From Amphiscolops sp. MND2022 (lineage: Eukaryota): a stretch of 64,000 nucleotides of DNA. The number at the start of each line of letters is the position of its first letter. Positions within the stretch are counted from its first letter, which is position 1. Positions 60,911 through 64,000 of this stretch are shown here, piece by piece. The position numbers and the translations under genes were made by a program. The notes beneath the pieces were generated by a model. The model saw only the letters and a list, made by a program, of their open reading frames with translations, was not told where the DNA came from and did not search any database. Where the stretch lies: assembly GCA_964187785.1 (NCBI GenBank), contig OZ076421.1, positions 43,338,001-43,402,000 of the forward strand, given 5' to 3'.

Positions 60911-63613
60911 ATGATCCTCTATTTAATAGAATCCGAGAAGACGATCGCCACCTCACCACGTTCATCACACCATGGGGTCGGTACCGATACAAAACTTGTC
61001 CACAGGGCTACGGTGCTTCACAGGAGGGATACACCAGAAGATTCGACGAGATTGTCAATGACTTCCCCAACAAAACCTAAAGCATCGATGACACATGCTT
61101 ATGGGCAGACACTCTCGAAGAGAGCTTCTTTCAAACATTTCACTGGCTAGACTTTTGCTGTCGACACGGATTTGTCCAGAATCCCAAAAAGTTAGTATTT
61201 GTTTCCAACGCGGTGGAATTTGCTGGTTTCGTCATCACTCCGACCAATATCCAGCCCAGTGACATACATATTCGCGCAATCCGTGACTTTCCTACGCCAA
61301 AAAACATCACTGACATCCGATCTTGGTTTGGCCTCATCAACCAAGTATCGTAATGCGACTCGCTCCGCAACGACACGGCGCCTTTCCGCGAGCATCTCAA
61401 GCTGTCGTCAACGTTCTTTTGGGATGATAAGCTGCAACACGTTTTTGAGCAATCCAAGGCTGCTATACTGGACAAAATCACCGAGGGTGTCCGATATTCT
61501 ACTCCAAACGTGTGACATGTCTCTCAACAGATTGTTCCAAGAAAAGCATCGGTTTCTGGCTCTTGCAGAAGTACTGCACCTGTGAGGTCATCACTCCTAT
61601 CTGTTGTTCAACGGGATAGAAACTAGTGTTCGCTGGTAGCAGGTTCACACACCCAGCAGAATCAAGATATGCTCCTATTGAAGGAGAAGCAATGGCTGTG
61701 GTTTATGGATTGGAGTCCGCTCGTCACTTCGTACTCGGTTGTGACAACTTAGTGGTAGCTACTGACCACAAGCCGCTACTCGGGGTTCTCAACAACCGAC
61801 ACCTCGGCGATATCAAGAATGAAAGACTACTGTCACTCAAGGAGAAGACGCTGCCATACTGTTTCTCTATATTCCATATACCCGGACAGAAACAAAAGGC
61901 GCCGGATGCAAACTCGAGGAAACCCACTGGTGATGCAAACAAAAATTCCCACTGGAGATAGTGATTTCAAGGAGTCGGACTCCATCGCTTGTATTGAACC
62001 GCGTCTCCGCCTTCCTGAGGCCACCATGACGTGGGAACCCGACCCATCAGCTGATGAGGAAGAAAAGCTTGCCGTCGCTGCAGCCACCAATCTCTGCGAC
62101 ATTCGCGCCGTTACTTGGGCCGAGGTCCGAGAACACACCCTACGCAATGACAATCTACCAAATTTTCAAAAAAGATTGAAGACGGTTTCCAGGGCATTAC
62201 CTCACGATTGGATCTTGTCCCGGGTTTACGAGAATTCTTCTAATTCAAGAATGGACTCAGCACAGTAGATGGAGTGATTCTATACAACAACAGGACTGTT
62301 ATCCCATCACTACTAAGAGCACTGAGACACACTGCATTCTGCTCATCAAGGTGTCTCCTGCATAACTTCCAGGGCTGAATCCAGAGTCTTTTGGCCGGGC
62401 ATTACGTTGGCTATTGCAAACTTGAGAGCCCGGTGCCGGTTGGGCAACGAGCGTGCACCCAGTCATCCACATGGCCCGTCGCTCGCGGCTCTGGAACCAG
62501 TGTACCCCTTCCAGTGCATCTGTGCGGATTACTTCAAATACAAGGGCTGCAATTACATGGCGGTTGTTGACCGCTACTCTGGTTGGCCGATTGTGCAGCA
62601 ATCACGAGATGGTTCTTCGGGTCTGGTAAAATGCCTTCGCGAAATTTTCATCACATACGGCATTGCAGACGAACTATCGTCAGATAGCGGACCTGAATTC
62701 ATGGCCGAGGAGACACAACAACTGTTGTCAAACTGGGGTGTCCATCACCGCCTCTCATCTGTTGCGCTTGCCCATTCAAACGGTCGCGCCGAGCTCTGGG
62801 TCAAGACCTGCAAGCGCATGCTCATGGACAACACTGGCCCGAACGGCGAGATCAACCTCGCCAAATTTCAAAATAGCATGCTTCAATACCGCAACATGCC
62901 CTGACCGCGATAACGGTTTGTCCCGAGCACAAATGATCTTTGGACGACCGATTAAGGACTTCATACCCATTCTGCCCGGTTCATACAGACCTCACGGCAC
63001 CTGGAAAGGAACATCACGGGCCAGGGAAGAAGCAATGCGTGCTAGAAAAGTCGGAAATGCTGAACGCCTCATCGAAGACACGGTACGGGTACAACCCCTT
63101 AAAATTGGCGACCGGGTCTTTACCCAGAACCAGACAGGTAACCATCCACTGCGATGGGATCGAATCGGCTTAGTGATCGAGGTGAAACAGTTCGACCAGT
63201 ACGTTGTCAGAGCTGATGGATCGGGCAGAGTTACTCTCCGGATTCGAAATATCCTACGGAAATTCGACAAGATCGTTGTGAACCACATACCTGGTACTAC
63301 CCGCACCATCCAACCTTTGAAAACTCCCAGCAACGCCGCGAATCCGTCCCCGGTGCATCAACGAACCAACCCAGAACAGGCAAAAGGTCCACCTACAGCA
63401 AAGCCGCAAACACCGCAACCGGAAAAAAAGCGTCAAGTTCTGACCGGCGCACAGTTTACAAAACGCCCCCCAGAGACACCGGCACTTACAATTAAAGCCC
63501 CACTCAAGTTCAACTGCCCTCCAAATGAGTCCCTCGGAGATAAGATGGAGCCTTTGCTGGACAAAGATATCATGCCCCACATCCCTCTGCTTGATGCTGC
63601 TAGGATCTGCTAG
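60911..63613 (+). pseudogene. pol: Ty3/Gypsy pol (3' part of RT, RNase H, integrase), no LTR seen
   Basis: VEFAGF.IT..IRDFPTPKNITDIRSWFGL; FAGSRFTHPAESRYAPIEGEA..TDHKPL; HSAHQG; CADYF..VVDRYSGWP..SDSGPEF..SNGRAE. A family distinct from elements 1 and 2. Confidence 0.9.
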
Positions 63614-64000
63614 GAACGCCACCACTTGATCATCTGAGTACAGCCATCAACGTCAAATTTCTCTTGAAGCTCAAACCAGAAAACGATTTACTATCTTGGA
63701 TCCATGATGCATTTTCATATTTTCCGGACAGTGTTGCTAACCTCCTCGAGAGTCATGTTACTCGTTTCGGAAAGTTTTTGAGAATTCAAAATTGAACGAG
63801 ATATAAACAGGAAGATGTCAGCCTTTTCTTTACCCATCTTTGGAACCTAAGGTGGAAAAAAAATGACAACAAGTCATTTTTAAAAAGTTGCACCAAAACC
63901 CCACCAACTTGTAACACTATATCGCCCCTTTTCACCCTCTAAAGATATGAAGTCATCAAAATATGTGAAATGCTGATTGGCAATTCTTTCGCTTTAGCCG

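Overview
This is AT-rich eukaryotic (animal-like) repeat-dense DNA with a 200-N scaffold gap at 30468-30667. I see no intact host gene, rRNA, tRNA or CRISPR array. The first 30 kb hold two decayed Ty3/Gypsy LTR retrotransposons from related but divergent families. Element 1 spans 2455-16143 and is preceded by a 6.35-kb-offset duplicate of its own internal region. Element 2 spans 16507-29693 with both LTRs and a near-perfect 5-bp TSD. Both share an unusual architecture: (i) Gag starts 135-194 codons inside the LTR and reads through the tRNA-Leu-type PBS; (ii) an intron-containing antisense gene lies between pol and the 3' LTR, encoding a CxxC..H..H zinc-finger protein that resembles a catalytically degenerate hAT transposase, homologous between the two elements with one intron at the same codon; (iii) a divergently oriented acidic sense ORF sits just before the 3' LTR. 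Element 2 also carries a 6-5-6 spaced palindrome repeated in its internal divergent-promoter region and in both LTRs. After the gap come a decayed Polinton/Maverick-type protein-primed PolB gene, solo LTRs, hAT-type MITEs, a Helentron-associated (HINE-like) repeat family, CR1/L2-like and CRE/NeSL-like LINE remnants, and a third Gypsy pol. All alignments, counts and folds were done by eye and need computational confirmation.
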